Shown here one piece after another: positions 47,839 through 58,088 of a DNA stretch of 64,000 nucleotides. The notes beneath the pieces were generated by a model. It had not been told where the DNA came from, ran no database searches, and was given only the letters and a program-made list of their open reading frames with translations. The translations under genes were made by a program, and so were the position numbers. The DNA is taken from the IMG/VR virus record IMGVR_UViG_3300025122_006001. One strand, 5' to 3'. The stretch's first letter is position 1. Every line of letters starts with the position of its first letter. Source of the DNA: a virus (lineage: Duplodnaviria > Heunggongvirae > Uroviricota > Caudoviricetes).

Positions 47839-48720
47839 TCAGAAGGGGAATTCCACTCCTACTCTGCCAATCAGCTCCCAATCTCCCCCATTATTAAGCA
47901 TTTCCGGTCCATCTTCAAGGAACAGAAGATAAGGACCAGCATGAATCACGCCATTAGTTCCAGGAAATCTAGTCTGAAGCTTAGCACCGACTTCAATGAA
48001 ACCTAGTCCTGTGTCAGTTGACGTGGCAGACATAGTTTGATAATAGTCTTCCAAATCCACACCCAGTCTAACAGGAATAAATAAGTCTAAAGGAGCATCA
48101 CCAATCTGGACAATCGTTAATCCTGGCTCAATGCCAACTTCCAGATATGTGCCTTCCTCAAAGCCATCAGCAGCCCCATCAACTTCAATAGCAACTAAAA
48201 CGTATGGCTGGAACCCATGAAAATTCTTTCCTTCCCATATTGATCCATCATCGTATGTCAAGCTCAGCTCAAACTCACTCACCTTGTCGAATGCGTCATT
48301 AGGGCTATGTTCGTAATTAAACACCGTTCGCTGTGTGAAATTACCAACTCCTAAGTCAAAACCAACATATCCATCAGCTTCATACCATGGAGCAAGCTCA
48401 TCCCGCATAGAACCCGTCCGGTTACTATGAATGCTGTTCCGCGTTCCAACTACCAGGGCTGCATCTGACACAAACCCATCGCCATCAAAAACATCGAGTG
48501 ACACTTCAAGCCCAGGCTGCAAAATAAGCCCTTGGTTTTCCTGCAAAATACCATTATTGAAGTAATGGGTCACAAGATCAACAGATAACAACCCTGACAC
48601 AGCATTCTTGTCTCCCCCTGCCTCTATGGCATCTGCGCCATCAGCCATTGCAACCGAGGCTGCTACTAGCAAGGCAAAAACACAACTAATCAACCTGAAT
48701 CCACTTTTCAAACTTTTCAT
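47839..48720 (-). CDS. secreted, beta-rich protein; outer-membrane beta-barrel candidate
   Basis: N-terminal signal peptide ..LLVAASVAMA; alternating hydrophobic beta pattern; C-terminus VGVEFPF ends in Phe. Confidence 0.4.
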   Translation of the reverse strand: MKSLKSGFRLISCVFALLVAASVAMADGADAIEAGGDKNAVSGLLSVDLVTHYFNNGILQENQGLILQPGLEVSLDVFDGDGFVSDAALVVGTRNSIHSNRTGSMRDELAPWYEADGYVGFDLGVGNFTQRTVFNYEHSPNDAFDKVSEFELSLTYDDGSIWEGKNFHGFQPYVLVAIEVDGAADGFEEGTYLEVGIEPGLTIVQIGDAPLDLFIPVRLGVDLEDYYQTMSATSTDTGLGFIEVGAKLQTRFPGTNGVIHAGPYLLFLEDGPEMLNNGGDWELIGRVGVEFPF

Positions 48721-48775
48721 TACAGGACTCCTTTCAAAGAGTGTAAAAACAATAGATACAACGAGTATCTTAAAT

Positions 48776-49030
48776 CTATAAGCAGAATTTCAAACCGCTG
48801 GAGATTAAACGGCAGGAAAATACCGTTTCTCCCTGTGTTAAAAAATATTTTAAAATTGTTAAAGGTTTTGGATTAAATCCTTTTTTATTCTTATCCTCGT
48901 CTGCTACTTTTGTCATAACCCTATCATCTTCTAGAGTGGCAATTTCTGTTCTTAATTGCCCATAGTCCACCCATACACTGTTTGAAGATTGAAAGTCCAA
49001 TGTCTCTGATTCTTTTATCAACGGCAACAT
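48776..49030 (-). CDS. hypothetical protein (84 aa)
   Basis: ORF track entry. Confidence 0.3.
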   Translation of the reverse strand: MLPLIKESETLDFQSSNSVWVDYGQLRTEIATLEDDRVMTKVADEDKNKKGFNPKPLTILKYFLTQGETVFSCRLISSGLKFCL

Positions 49031-49118
49031 AGCCGCTTTCAGTAACTTTAAATCATCAATGGTGCTTTGTCAAGCTGCTTCATTTAAAGACGCCCTGTGC
49101 ATGAATATATTGATTCAA

Positions 49119-49847
49119 CTAAGTCAATATATCTCCTTTGTCGGCAAGTTTCACAATAATCTCTATGCACTGCAATACTTTCGAAAAATCAAACCTGTTA
49201 TCTGTTGATCGCACGCCAGTTTCCATATCTATCCACACATCTCTGTCTATTGCTTTCTTTGCAATCTCTAGCAAATTCTTTTCTAGATTATCAGGATTCA
49301 AGCCACCTGAATAACCATTTTTCACATAAGGAACTGTATCTGGCCATTCTGAGGGCTCTATCCCCTTGCCCTCCGATATATCAAAAAGAGGCACGGCATC
49401 AACGCCTCGTCTGTATGCCTCATCTAGCACAGAGACTATATTATCAGAATACGGAAAAATAAAAGTATGCGAAACTCTACGACCAAATCTTTCAATAGCA
49501 CCAAAAAACACATCACCTAAATCATTTTGCCTCCCATGAAAATTAATCTGTATTCGCTCAAAATCATAAAGATATCCAAATCTGCTTGTAAACGCCCAAC
49601 TACCATGAAGTATGTCACGCATCCATTTGCCGCAAACATGAGCTGACAGATGCATAGTAGGACACGCCTGGATATACCAGAACAACTCTTCGACCCAATC
49701 CGAAGACGGATATTTAGGAGTTCCCGCCCTGCTTTTAGAAAACAACACACCCCACTCAATAAATGGAAAACACTCAGACAGCCTTTTCATCTCGTGGACA
49801 GAAGTATTGTCATCTACGCCAGTAAATGTTACTTTAGTTAACTTCAT
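49119..49847 (-). CDS. hypothetical protein, possible TIM-barrel (PRA-isomerase-like) fold
   Basis: GYSGGLNPDNL near the C-terminus; weak resemblance only. Confidence 0.25.
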   Translation of the reverse strand: MKLTKVTFTGVDDNTSVHEMKRLSECFPFIEWGVLFSKSRAGTPKYPSSDWVEELFWYIQACPTMHLSAHVCGKWMRDILHGSWAFTSRFGYLYDFERIQINFHGRQNDLGDVFFGAIERFGRRVSHTFIFPYSDNIVSVLDEAYRRGVDAVPLFDISEGKGIEPSEWPDTVPYVKNGYSGGLNPDNLEKNLLEIAKKAIDRDVWIDMETGVRSTDNRFDFSKVLQCIEIIVKLADKGDILT

Positions 49848-49948
49848 GTGCCACGTTCATTTTTCTAGCTCGACAATATGAATATCATATTACACAATCC
49901 CTAATACATCTTTGCGTTCTCTGGCATTTTCTCATCCACTATTTGTCA

Positions 49949-52051
49949 TTACAACATCCTCTTCAAATCTTCTAAACTAATCTTCGTGATACCCAATTCT
50001 TCTGCTTTCTTTTCTTTTGCACCAGCATCCGCGCCTACGACAACATAATCAGTTTTCTTTGAAACAGAGGTGCCAACTTTAGCACCTAAACCAGTTACAG
50101 CTTTTTGGTGGATTGATTTTCCGCCCGGGAACGAACCTGTAAACACAAATGTTTTTCCGCTCAATTTTCCTGTTACAGGAATTATTAGTTTGACAAAAGA
50201 TAACAATTGATTTATTTCGTCTGCATGAGAAGCAAAAAAATCAACTAATAAACCAGCCGTTTTTTCGCCTACATCTTCAACCGTAACCAACTCTTCTTTT
50301 GTCGCACTACGTATCCTGTCAAAGTCTCCTGCAAAATGAGAAGACAGAGCTCTTGCAGTTCCTTTTCCAGCACCCACTATGCCCAAAGCAGCAATAAACG
50401 TTTCGACCAGGGTAATAACTCGCTGATTAACAGCGTTCGCAATCTCTCCTGCCAACTTGGCGTTATCTTTTATCTTTTCTGGGCTTCTCACCATCCATAT
50501 ACGAGCAATTGTCAACAATGCTGTGCGCTGTCGGATATCTGCTTCAATTAAACGAACAGAACTTAAACGATAAAAGTCTGCCCTGTTCTTAACTAGTCCT
50601 TGTTCTACTAGCTTAGTAGTAATGCTCTCAGCCAGTCCTTTGACTCCCATGGTGCTCAAATAGTGAACAAGACTGCCAACTTGTTTCGCTGGACACTCTT
50701 CATTTGCACAAACAAATTCACAAGTCCAGTCTCCACTCTTCTTTGAACCGTTTTCTTTCGTCCTAACATCTACAATATTACATGATGGGCAAACTGGAAC
50801 AGTTAACCCAAAAGATGTACCCGATGTTCTTTTTGAGACAACTCTTTCAAACTTAGGAATAATCTTTCCCGATTTCTTGATTTCAACTTCTACTCCCGCC
50901 TCAATTTCATGTTGCATTATAACACCGGCATTATGTGCCGTACACTGTGTTACAGTTGTACCTTCTAATTGCACCCCATCAAACTCTAAAACAGGAGTAA
51001 GTTTGCCAGTCCTTCCTGCTTGCCATCTAATATTTTTCACTGTAACTTTAGCGATTTCATCTTTGAACTTCCATGCAATTTTACCCTTAGGATTGCCCGT
51101 TGCTTGATCTCCATGTCTGCCTAATTGCTCTTGTGCCTCAAGGTCATTTACAGAAATGACAATTCCATCAACTTCGAAATCTAATTTGTCTATCTCATCT
51201 TCCATTTTAGCAAGGCGATCTTTGCTAAACAGATAAAGCTTTACAAAGGAAATTTTTAAAACTTGCGTGCAAAATTTTTCTCTTTCGATCTCAGTGCCAT
51301 ACGAAGGATCGTCAAGATTCTCAATAGCATATGCAGTAAATCTTAATTTACGAGCTCTTGTTTTATGCGGATCTTTAAACTGTCTAATGCTTCCCGCTGT
51401 ATAGTTTCTAGGATTTGCAAATTGTCTTTCATCAACGGCATCGCTGCCATTCAAAGCATTGAACACTGAAACAGGGCATTCTAGCTCACCTCGAATTGAA
51501 CATGTGATTGGCTTTGATAGTTTCGTAGGCACGCCTTCTACAAATTTAACATTGTTAACAATACTTTCACCATTAACTCCATCTCTAGGTCGTAACGCTG
51601 CTCGAACTAATTCTCCATCTTCATAATAAAGAGCGCAAGCAACTCCATCGTGCTTATATCCCATTACAAAATAACTTGGGGTATGATCTTTCGGGATGAG
51701 ATCTTGTAACCACTTATGAAGCATTTTCTCTTTTTCTTCATCATCTCCATTAATCTTTGAAATCGAAGTCATTGGCGGGTCATGCTGCACCACATCTGCA
51801 TCAGACTCTATTTGAGATGCTGTAACGGATTCAAAGATTTTAGAATCGGGACGTAACCGAGCTAATTTACTCTTATATTCATCATACTTTGAATCAGCGA
51901 CTGCATCTCCCGTATCAGGATGAACACAATCTTCACCCGCTTCATATAATGTATCTAAATGCGTAATAACACGCTCAAGGTCATCAGCCTCTGTCTCAAC
52001 ATCATCAACGAGCGTGTCTGATTCAAATAAATCGTCAAATATCGGCGTCAT
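49949..52051 (-). CDS. ligA: NAD+-dependent DNA ligase
   Basis: Adenylation motif KHDG in YFVMGYKHDGVA; Cys4 zinc finger CPSC..C..C; HhH region; C-terminal BRCT (TFVFTGSFPGG..VVVGADAGAK); 700 aa. Confidence 0.85.
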   Translation of the reverse strand: MTPIFDDLFESDTLVDDVETEADDLERVITHLDTLYEAGEDCVHPDTGDAVADSKYDEYKSKLARLRPDSKIFESVTASQIESDADVVQHDPPMTSISKINGDDEEKEKMLHKWLQDLIPKDHTPSYFVMGYKHDGVACALYYEDGELVRAALRPRDGVNGESIVNNVKFVEGVPTKLSKPITCSIRGELECPVSVFNALNGSDAVDERQFANPRNYTAGSIRQFKDPHKTRARKLRFTAYAIENLDDPSYGTEIEREKFCTQVLKISFVKLYLFSKDRLAKMEDEIDKLDFEVDGIVISVNDLEAQEQLGRHGDQATGNPKGKIAWKFKDEIAKVTVKNIRWQAGRTGKLTPVLEFDGVQLEGTTVTQCTAHNAGVIMQHEIEAGVEVEIKKSGKIIPKFERVVSKRTSGTSFGLTVPVCPSCNIVDVRTKENGSKKSGDWTCEFVCANEECPAKQVGSLVHYLSTMGVKGLAESITTKLVEQGLVKNRADFYRLSSVRLIEADIRQRTALLTIARIWMVRSPEKIKDNAKLAGEIANAVNQRVITLVETFIAALGIVGAGKGTARALSSHFAGDFDRIRSATKEELVTVEDVGEKTAGLLVDFFASHADEINQLLSFVKLIIPVTGKLSGKTFVFTGSFPGGKSIHQKAVTGLGAKVGTSVSKKTDYVVVGADAGAKEKKAEELGITKISLEDLKRML

Positions 52052-52299
52052 GTTATTACTTCCGTTAAGTCTTTCTTTCTTGTTTCTTCAAGACAATGAC
52101 GATTTGCATCTGCCATTTTAGTGTCGAGCCTTTTCCTTTCAGTCACATAATGACCTCGTTCATCTTTTAAAACTACTAATGATTTGTCTTTAAGTTTTTC
52201 TGTCATCTCTTCATCGATCATTGATGAATGAGAGCCATAAGCACTTGGATACTCAATCTTAACTTTATCTTGCTTTTGGTTTTGAAATTTTCGAGCCAT
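52048..52299 (-). CDS. hypothetical protein (83 aa)
   Basis: ORF track entry. Confidence 0.3.
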   Translation of the reverse strand: MARKFQNQKQDKVKIEYPSAYGSHSSMIDEEMTEKLKDKSLVVLKDERGHYVTERKRLDTKMADANRHCLEETRKKDLTEVIT

Positions 52300-52482
52300 T
52301 TAATTATCCTTTTTATTAATCTGTGTTACATCAATGTGTTGAGAATCAACCGCATACATCAAAAACATACTCATCCTCTAAACCTAAACAACTTAAAACC
52401 AAAAAACAGGCGCAAAAAATTCCTTCACTTCTTTTATATGCCATCGTACTACCCTCATCAACACTTCCTTTGTCCGCATTAT

Positions 52483-52845
52483 TTACTTCCACATCTGAAA
52501 AACTGGATAAACCCAATAGGGGCACTCGCCTCTTGCGTAAATAACGACTCCTAGACAGGGTTCTCCTAATTTCTTTTTTGCATCTTCCATGCTGCCGCCT
52601 GTTGTTAAAACATCGTCAACTATTAAAACAGGAAACTTTTCTTCTGGAGAAATGTATTGTTCCATAGCAAGCATTAAACGCATGCCGCCACGAACAATTC
52701 CAATAACTCTGCTAAATCTAAATTTTTTAGATATTAAATATGCTAATGTTTCAATATCTTCATCAGTTAGTGCTTCGCATTCAATCTTAAAATCAGACTT
52801 CTGACCCGAATGGAGAATAATGTTCTGGCGAATAAATAATGACAT
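52483..52845 (-). CDS. small type-I phosphoribosyltransferase-domain protein
   Basis: PRPP-binding motif VLIVDDVLTTGGSM; 120 aa. Confidence 0.5.
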   Translation of the reverse strand: MSLFIRQNIILHSGQKSDFKIECEALTDEDIETLAYLISKKFRFSRVIGIVRGGMRLMLAMEQYISPEEKFPVLIVDDVLTTGGSMEDAKKKLGEPCLGVVIYARGECPYWVYPVFQMWK

Positions 52846-52952
52846 TTATATATTATATTCGAACTATTAGCCACTTTCTTCTTTTAACGTCAATTGATCG
52901 AAATCGCCGAGAAAACCACGTCGTCTTTAGCGGCGGGGATGAATCGACGCAT

Positions 52953-53231
52953 TCACCCCGGTAATATGTCTTTTTCAGAGCATTTTCTCTGTAATTCAAT
53001 TATGGCATAATAAAGCATTTCCGCATCAGGTGACGCAACAAACGCATCTATTGGAATATGTCCTTGACGCTCGCAATAAGCAAGAACTTGCTCTCTTAAT
53101 TCATAAAGAGTATTATGAACTTTTAGTCCCATTTCTTTAGCGAATCGTTCATTTGCTTCTTTTTTTTGTCTTGGGAAGACTGTCTCTAAGTTTTTTCTCG
53201 TCTTGCTGTGCTTGCAACCAATCAGAAGCAA
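52953..53231 (-). CDS. hypothetical protein (92 aa)
   Basis: ORF track entry. Confidence 0.3.
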   Translation of the reverse strand: MLLIGCKHSKTRKNLETVFPRQKKEANERFAKEMGLKVHNTLYELREQVLAYCERQGHIPIDAFVASPDAEMLYYAIIELQRKCSEKDILPG

Positions 53232-53400
53232 AATTATCTAATATACTCATTATCCTTGTCCCTTGGTAGTTCATATGTATTTAACATTCTTCGCAATCAG
53301 GATTTAAATCATCTACAATCCCACAAACAGGGCAAATATCGCGTGGGTCGTCATATTCAAAAGTATAATCATAATTTTCTATTGCCATGACTTTCTCAAT

Positions 53401-53474
53401 CTGGACTGGTAGGGCTCGAACCTACAACCTTCTGAATCAAAATCAGATGCGCTAGCCGATTGCGCCACAGTCCA
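53401..53474 (-). tRNA. tRNA-Gln (UUG)
   Basis: Acceptor TGGACTG/CAGTCCA with U1-A72; D stem GCGC/GCGC; anticodon stem TCTGA/TCAGA with loop UU-UUG-AU; T arm GTAGG TTCGAGC CCTAC; 74 nt. Confidence 0.8.
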
Positions 53475-53477
53475 AGA

Positions 53478-53747
53478 CTATTTAACCACAAACTCTACTT
53501 CTATCTCTAATGCATACAAAATTCTAGCAGCGGTATGAAACGTGCAATTCTGATCTGCGTTAATAATTCGAGAAAGCATTCGCTCTGTTACTCCAGACCG
53601 TTCTACTAATTCTGATAATTCCCAATTATTCCTATCTAGTCCACCCATTACTATGTCAGCAAAACTCAAACGTAAATCTAATGCTCTACAGTCGAGAGTT
53701 TTCTGAAAATCTGCGAGCATTTTATGGATCTGTGCCACTGTCGCCAT
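53478..53747 (-). CDS. HTH (XRE-like) transcriptional regulator
   Basis: LSELVERSGVTERMLSRII helix-turn-helix. Confidence 0.45.
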   Translation of the reverse strand: MATVAQIHKMLADFQKTLDCRALDLRLSFADIVMGGLDRNNWELSELVERSGVTERMLSRIINADQNCTFHTAARILYALEIEVEFVVK

Positions 53748-54144
53748 TATTTGGCTCCATCATTTCAATTGGTTCTATCTCAAATTCTTTCATGCTCACA
53801 TAATCAAAAAGGAACCCTCCTCCGCAAGGGTTAGTAAACCTGACATCATAATTAGGCACGCCTCCACCTGTCCCCGCCATCAAACTTATTTGCCCTACAT
53901 ATCCTCCAACTTTTGTTCTTACCATGTCACCTGCGGAAAATTTAGGAACGACACCGGATTCTGCCGCTGTTGCTTTTGATGTTATTGTTATTGTCGCCAT
54001 TGGCGACAAAGGAGCAAATAAGAAAATTGCTACAATAGCTAATATTTGCAGCAATATAATGCTTATTCCTATCGGATGAGACACAACATGCGATTTAATT
54101 GAATTCATCATTGAAACATCCTTTTCTGGAAGAGTAAACATCAA
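53722..54144 (-). CDS. membrane-anchored DUF2158-like protein (paralog 1)
   Basis: N-terminal TM, then FSAGDMVRTKVGGYVGQI; paralogous to 54184..54531. Confidence 0.35.
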   Translation of the reverse strand: MMFTLPEKDVSMMNSIKSHVVSHPIGISIILLQILAIVAIFLFAPLSPMATITITSKATAAESGVVPKFSAGDMVRTKVGGYVGQISLMAGTGGGVPNYDVRFTNPCGGGFLFDYVSMKEFEIEPIEMMEPNNGDSGTDP

Positions 54145-54183
54145 GGAACCTTAACCTAAAGAAACGCCCGAGCGGGTGCAAAA

Positions 54184-54531
54184 TTATTCTACTAATTCTA
54201 TCTCATATTCCTGAAAATCAAAAATCGACCAACGATTATAATCTTCATACTCTGGTGTCAAAACCTTTACGCCGTAGTCAAGGCTATAACGACGAGGGCT
54301 GCTCCACCAAGAAGAACTAACTATTTGTCCTGTCTCTCCCCCAGCTTTTATTACAACCATATCTCCCACAGAAAATCGAGGATCGAATTGTTCCACCGGT
54401 GGAGTGCTTAGATATAAGCAAGCAACAAAGGGAACTACAGGAATAAGAAGAGGAGCCATCATTAAGGCCAAGATAACTGGTAAAAGAAATGGCACGGCGA
54501 TAATACGCGATAACTTTAGAGATAACATCAT
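54184..54531 (-). CDS. membrane-anchored DUF2158-like protein (paralog 2)
   Basis: N-terminal TM, then FSVGDMVVIKAGGETGQI. Confidence 0.35.
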   Translation of the reverse strand: MMLSLKLSRIIAVPFLLPVILALMMAPLLIPVVPFVACLYLSTPPVEQFDPRFSVGDMVVIKAGGETGQIVSSSWWSSPRRYSLDYGVKVLTPEYEDYNRWSIFDFQEYEIELVE

Positions 54532-54563
54532 TTAACCTCGCCTAATTAAAATCACCTAATTTC

Positions 54564-54573
54564 TTCTGGAGAA
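54564..54573 (-). promoter_or_regulatory. TTCTCCAGAA motif (minus orientation) 33 nt upstream of the start at 54531
   Basis: Plus strand reads ttctggagaa. Confidence 0.3.
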
Positions 54574-54792
54574 TCAATAATGGTTGTAATGATGATGCCG
54601 ACGTTTATTGTGGTGCCCTCTTTTATAATGCCCATGATGATTCCTCGATTTATCTCGCTCATTCCCAATAATATAACCACCAGCTGCACCAACGCCAGCA
54701 CCAATTAAAGCACCTGTCTGAGCATCATTTTGACAGCCACTAGCAGGGACAAGGAAAATAACTAAAAGAAAAACAGTGATAAAAAATTTCAC
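54574..54792 (-). CDS. small lipoprotein with a glycine-zipper and a His-rich C-terminal tail
   Basis: Signal plus lipobox LVPASGC; GALIGAGVGAAGGYIIG; tail HHGHYKRGHHNKRRHHHYNHY. Confidence 0.4.
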   Translation of the reverse strand: MKFFITVFLLVIFLVPASGCQNDAQTGALIGAGVGAAGGYIIGNERDKSRNHHGHYKRGHHNKRRHHHYNHY

Positions 54793-54814
54793 TTTAAATC
54801 TCCTTAAATCAAAA

Positions 54815-54885
54815 TGCGAGTGGGGAGAATCAAACTCCCAGATAAAGAATGGAAATCTTTCATGTTATCATTGCATCACACTCGC
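54815..54885 (-). tRNA. tRNA-Gly (UCC)
   Basis: Acceptor GCGAGTG/CACTCGC; anticodon stem AAAGA/TCTTT with loop UU-UCC-AU; T arm GGGAG TTTGATT CTCCC; 71 nt with a 3-bp D stem. Confidence 0.6.
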
Positions 54886-54889
54886 TAAT

Positions 54890-55570
54890 TTACCTTGGCG
54901 CAGATTCCATCATTTTTTCTGAAAACGAATAGTCAACAAATATTGCTAAAGTCACATCATTTAAATATTTCTCTCCATCTTCTATTTCTAGAATACCTTC
55001 AAATTCTGGCTCATCTCGATTTTCTTCAAAAACTTCCCTTGCTGGCTTGCCTGCATTGCCATCTTTTTCTCTCAAATCAGACATTTTATCTGCAACCGCT
55101 TTTGTATCAATGTGAGCACCTGGGACTTTCTTTACTCTCGACAGAAACTTATGATGATATGGAACCGAAGAATAGTCAACAATCTCCACATTCCATATCT
55201 TAATTCTATCTAATGGTAAAGTTTCTTCATCACTTGCCGGTAATAAAACTTCTCTGATCTTATTCCTTATAGTGCCAATATGATCTTTCTCTATGAGCCT
55301 CATTATGTCTTTAATGAAAACTTCTACTATTTTATGTTCTTCTTCAGACAGTTCTGTGGCAAATAATGCTGTTTTAAATTCATCTAGTAACGTTCCTTCT
55401 TGAGTGTCAAAGACAAACCATGTATTATCTTTTGTATCAGATATTTGTCCTGCTGATATGTCGTATTCACAATTAAGATTAAGTTCATCAGCTCCTTGTT
55501 CAAAAGTATTTATAAGTTCTCGCACAATCGTCTCTGCGTGAGATTGTTCTAATGTTAATAAATCAAGCAT
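54890..55570 (-). CDS. hypothetical acidic protein (226 aa)
   Basis: ORF track entry. Confidence 0.35.
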   Translation of the reverse strand: MLDLLTLEQSHAETIVRELINTFEQGADELNLNCEYDISAGQISDTKDNTWFVFDTQEGTLLDEFKTALFATELSEEEHKIVEVFIKDIMRLIEKDHIGTIRNKIREVLLPASDEETLPLDRIKIWNVEIVDYSSVPYHHKFLSRVKKVPGAHIDTKAVADKMSDLREKDGNAGKPAREVFEENRDEPEFEGILEIEDGEKYLNDVTLAIFVDYSFSEKMMESAPR

Positions 55571-55683
55571 GTGTGTCTCCTAAGTGCCGCCTACCGGTAA
55601 CGATCCGGTGTCTGAAGGGCGAAAACCTTCCGGGCTGCCATTACCCCAAGGCGACATTAATTTATTACCGGCTATTCGGAGCA

Positions 55684-56502
55684 TTATGCTCCATTTTTAC
55701 CATTTACTGGATTCTTTAATAATGTGAAGTGAAAAGTACTTCCTTTATTTTCCTTTGATTCTACCCAAATTCTGCCACCATGCCGTTCTACCACTTTGCG
55801 ACAAACTGCCAGCCCTATGCCGCTCCCGTTTGCAGACATCCCATCTGTCACGATATTCGAGCCTCGACTAAACATCTGAAATATCTTATCGAAATCTTCT
55901 TGACCGATGCCCCTGCCGTTATCTCTAGCATAGAAATAATTATATCTCTCGTCTTCTGAAGTTTCTTTAGCAATCTCTATAATTGTGCCTTGCCCTTTTT
56001 TTCTAAACTTAATGCCATTAGATATTAAGTTTTGAAACACCTGTAACAACTGCACTTTATCGCACAATACTTCTTCATTTAGACTATGACACAAAATTTT
56101 AACATTTCCCCGTTTAATACGGCGATCCATCATAAATAGCACTTCATTAACAATATCTTGAACATTATGCCATCCACATGAAGGACGGGTAACACGAGAA
56201 TATTCTAATAATCCTGCTATAAGCGTTGTCATTTGTTCATTAATTTCTAATATACAACCGGCGTTATTAAGGCTCTCATCATCTAGTAAGCGGCGATTTG
56301 TGTTTACAAATTTACGAATATAGCTAGAAAGTGTGCGTAGCGGTTCTTTTAAAGCATGTGCGGCAACGTATGTAAAATGATTAAGCTCGTTATTTAAAGA
56401 TTCGAGATCTCTCCTTTGTCTTTCGAGCTTGCGAACCAAGTTAAGGTGCTCAGAAGAATCACCCCTCGGAATAATATCTGGATGGTCTTGCACAGTATAC
56501 AT
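55684..56502 (-). CDS. cytoplasmic sensor histidine kinase (HisKA + HATPase_c); no cognate regulator visible
   Basis: H box FTYVAAHALKEPL; N box QNLISNGIKF; G1 ARDNGRGIG; G2 GSGIGLAV; N-terminal coiled coil; no TM segment. Confidence 0.7.
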   Translation of the reverse strand: MYTVQDHPDIIPRGDSSEHLNLVRKLERQRRDLESLNNELNHFTYVAAHALKEPLRTLSSYIRKFVNTNRRLLDDESLNNAGCILEINEQMTTLIAGLLEYSRVTRPSCGWHNVQDIVNEVLFMMDRRIKRGNVKILCHSLNEEVLCDKVQLLQVFQNLISNGIKFRKKGQGTIIEIAKETSEDERYNYFYARDNGRGIGQEDFDKIFQMFSRGSNIVTDGMSANGSGIGLAVCRKVVERHGGRIWVESKENKGSTFHFTLLKNPVNGKNGA

Positions 56503-57137
56503 AGGTGTCTCTGCCCTCTGCCTGTTGACTCTTGGCGCTCTACATTACTAACTTAATGTGATTCTTCCTTCACTGATCTAAGCTCACTCATTAGCATCTC
56601 CAGAAGCTCACCGGGTCTACCCGACCCTGTATATTTTCAAAGTTTTATTTTCTTGAGGTTTTCATGAACACACATGCTTGGTTCTCGCTTATTATTGTGT
56701 TTCTGACTCTGAATAAACATGAGAACTATACAAACTTTGGATTTCATACTAACAGTAAAATCTCTACTGAGATTTTTGTTAGAAACCAGATATCCAGATG
56801 TCAAAGAACTATAAACATATTATCGGAAAATCACTCCCTTTTCTACAACACTCCCGCAGCACTTAGTGGAAAAAATTCCTATAATATCGATATCTATATT
56901 CCTGCAAAATTTACCGGATTCCTACAATGGCTATTAAATACTATCTAATCTGGGACTTGTTTCGCAAAAACACCCTAACAGACAGTGAGCAGTCTATTTG
57001 CTCCGCTCAAGAAGAACAATATTATAGCTGGCTGGAAGTAAAACAGCTAAAAAAAGATCGCTACAGACTAGAAAGGCGAAGAGAAATAGCTAAACAAGAA
57101 GAGGAATTATTACAACAGGTGACAGATAATTAATAAT

Positions 57138-57473
57138 TCAAAATAGCTCTTTCCAATTACTCTTTGTGGGCATTTTATCTTTTACGATTGCGTCTGCTTC
57201 GTCATTCATTGTCTTCCCGAGACAAGCACTGGGAATCTCATCCGCTGCTTTTCTTAATGCATATGCTTGCCTGTGCCATTCTTCACCTGTATCTTCGCAA
57301 TAAAAATGATCATGTAACACAGACATCTTTGCCATTGCGCCAGCCCAGATTCTAGGTTCATTTAAATTTCTATCAACTTCCATAACTTCCCCACAAACTT
57401 TGCAGTTCATGGTGTCAACAGTTCCGGGGTCAGAAGCAAATGAATCCCAGCCTTCGTGTAAAATCTTAGCCAT
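57138..57473 (-). CDS. hypothetical Cys-containing protein (111 aa)
   Basis: ORF track entry. Confidence 0.3.
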   Translation of the reverse strand: MAKILHEGWDSFASDPGTVDTMNCKVCGEVMEVDRNLNEPRIWAGAMAKMSVLHDHFYCEDTGEEWHRQAYALRKAADEIPSACLGKTMNDEADAIVKDKMPTKSNWKELF

Positions 57474-57498
57474 TTAACTTCCTTAAAGATCAATTCGT

Positions 57499-57699
57499 TT
57501 AATATCGACCACTAACCATAGCTTTAGCTATAGATGCTCTTCCTGCCGAACTACTTAAAACTTTATCTATGTGCGAGAAATCCTGTTGCGACAAGTGTTC
57601 TTTGTACTCTTCAAACGAGTGGGTATGATGTTTATCTGAAAGTCGCCAGCCTTTAGCAAGTTCAATTTCACATTTCACATTGAAGCTGTAGCGTTTCAA
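57499..57699 (-). CDS. hypothetical protein (66 aa)
   Basis: ORF track entry. Confidence 0.25.
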   Translation of the reverse strand: MKRYSFNVKCEIELAKGWRLSDKHHTHSFEEYKEHLSQQDFSHIDKVLSSSAGRASIAKAMVSGRY

Positions 57700-57735
57700 G
57701 CCAATTTTAAGAATTTTACTTATTACTTTAGGCTA

Positions 57736-58023
57736 CTAATCCCATTCTGTTTCTCTCGCTTCACCCCCTTGTGATTTAACCCAAGGAATAAACTTATGCT
57801 TAAAACATGAAGGACACATATCTACTTCAAGCTCAGTTCCTCTTCCACACTCTGGGTAAGAAATCCCACTGCGATAAGAAATTATGATTTCTTCTACCCT
57901 ATATATATCACCTGTCCATGTGCGATTTCCCACATGCCCTGGCTCGCCGCATAGATCACATGTAAATTCTTTAAGGACTTGGACTTCTCTTGCTGGTTGT
58001 TTTTCAGCTATGAATTTCTTCAT
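57736..58023 (-). CDS. small Zn-binding protein (95 aa)
   Basis: CDLCGEPGH..CPSC. Confidence 0.3.
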   Translation of the reverse strand: MKKFIAEKQPAREVQVLKEFTCDLCGEPGHVGNRTWTGDIYRVEEIIISYRSGISYPECGRGTELEVDMCPSCFKHKFIPWVKSQGGEARETEWD

Positions 58024-58072
58024 AAGGAAACTCCGATTTCTCTATCAGAAATAAAAAAAGCCAACAGGAAAT

Positions 58073-58088
58073 CGGGCATCGATGCCCG
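58073..58088 (-). terminator. 16-bp perfect palindrome (terminator-like) after a tRNA-like RNA locus
   Basis: cgggcatcgatgcccg; on the minus strand a T7 run follows 14 nt later. Confidence 0.35.

Noticed and set aside
55605-55633. GC hairpin downstream of the histidine kinase gene, considered as a terminator
   Set aside because: No T-tract follows on the minus strand; left uncalled.
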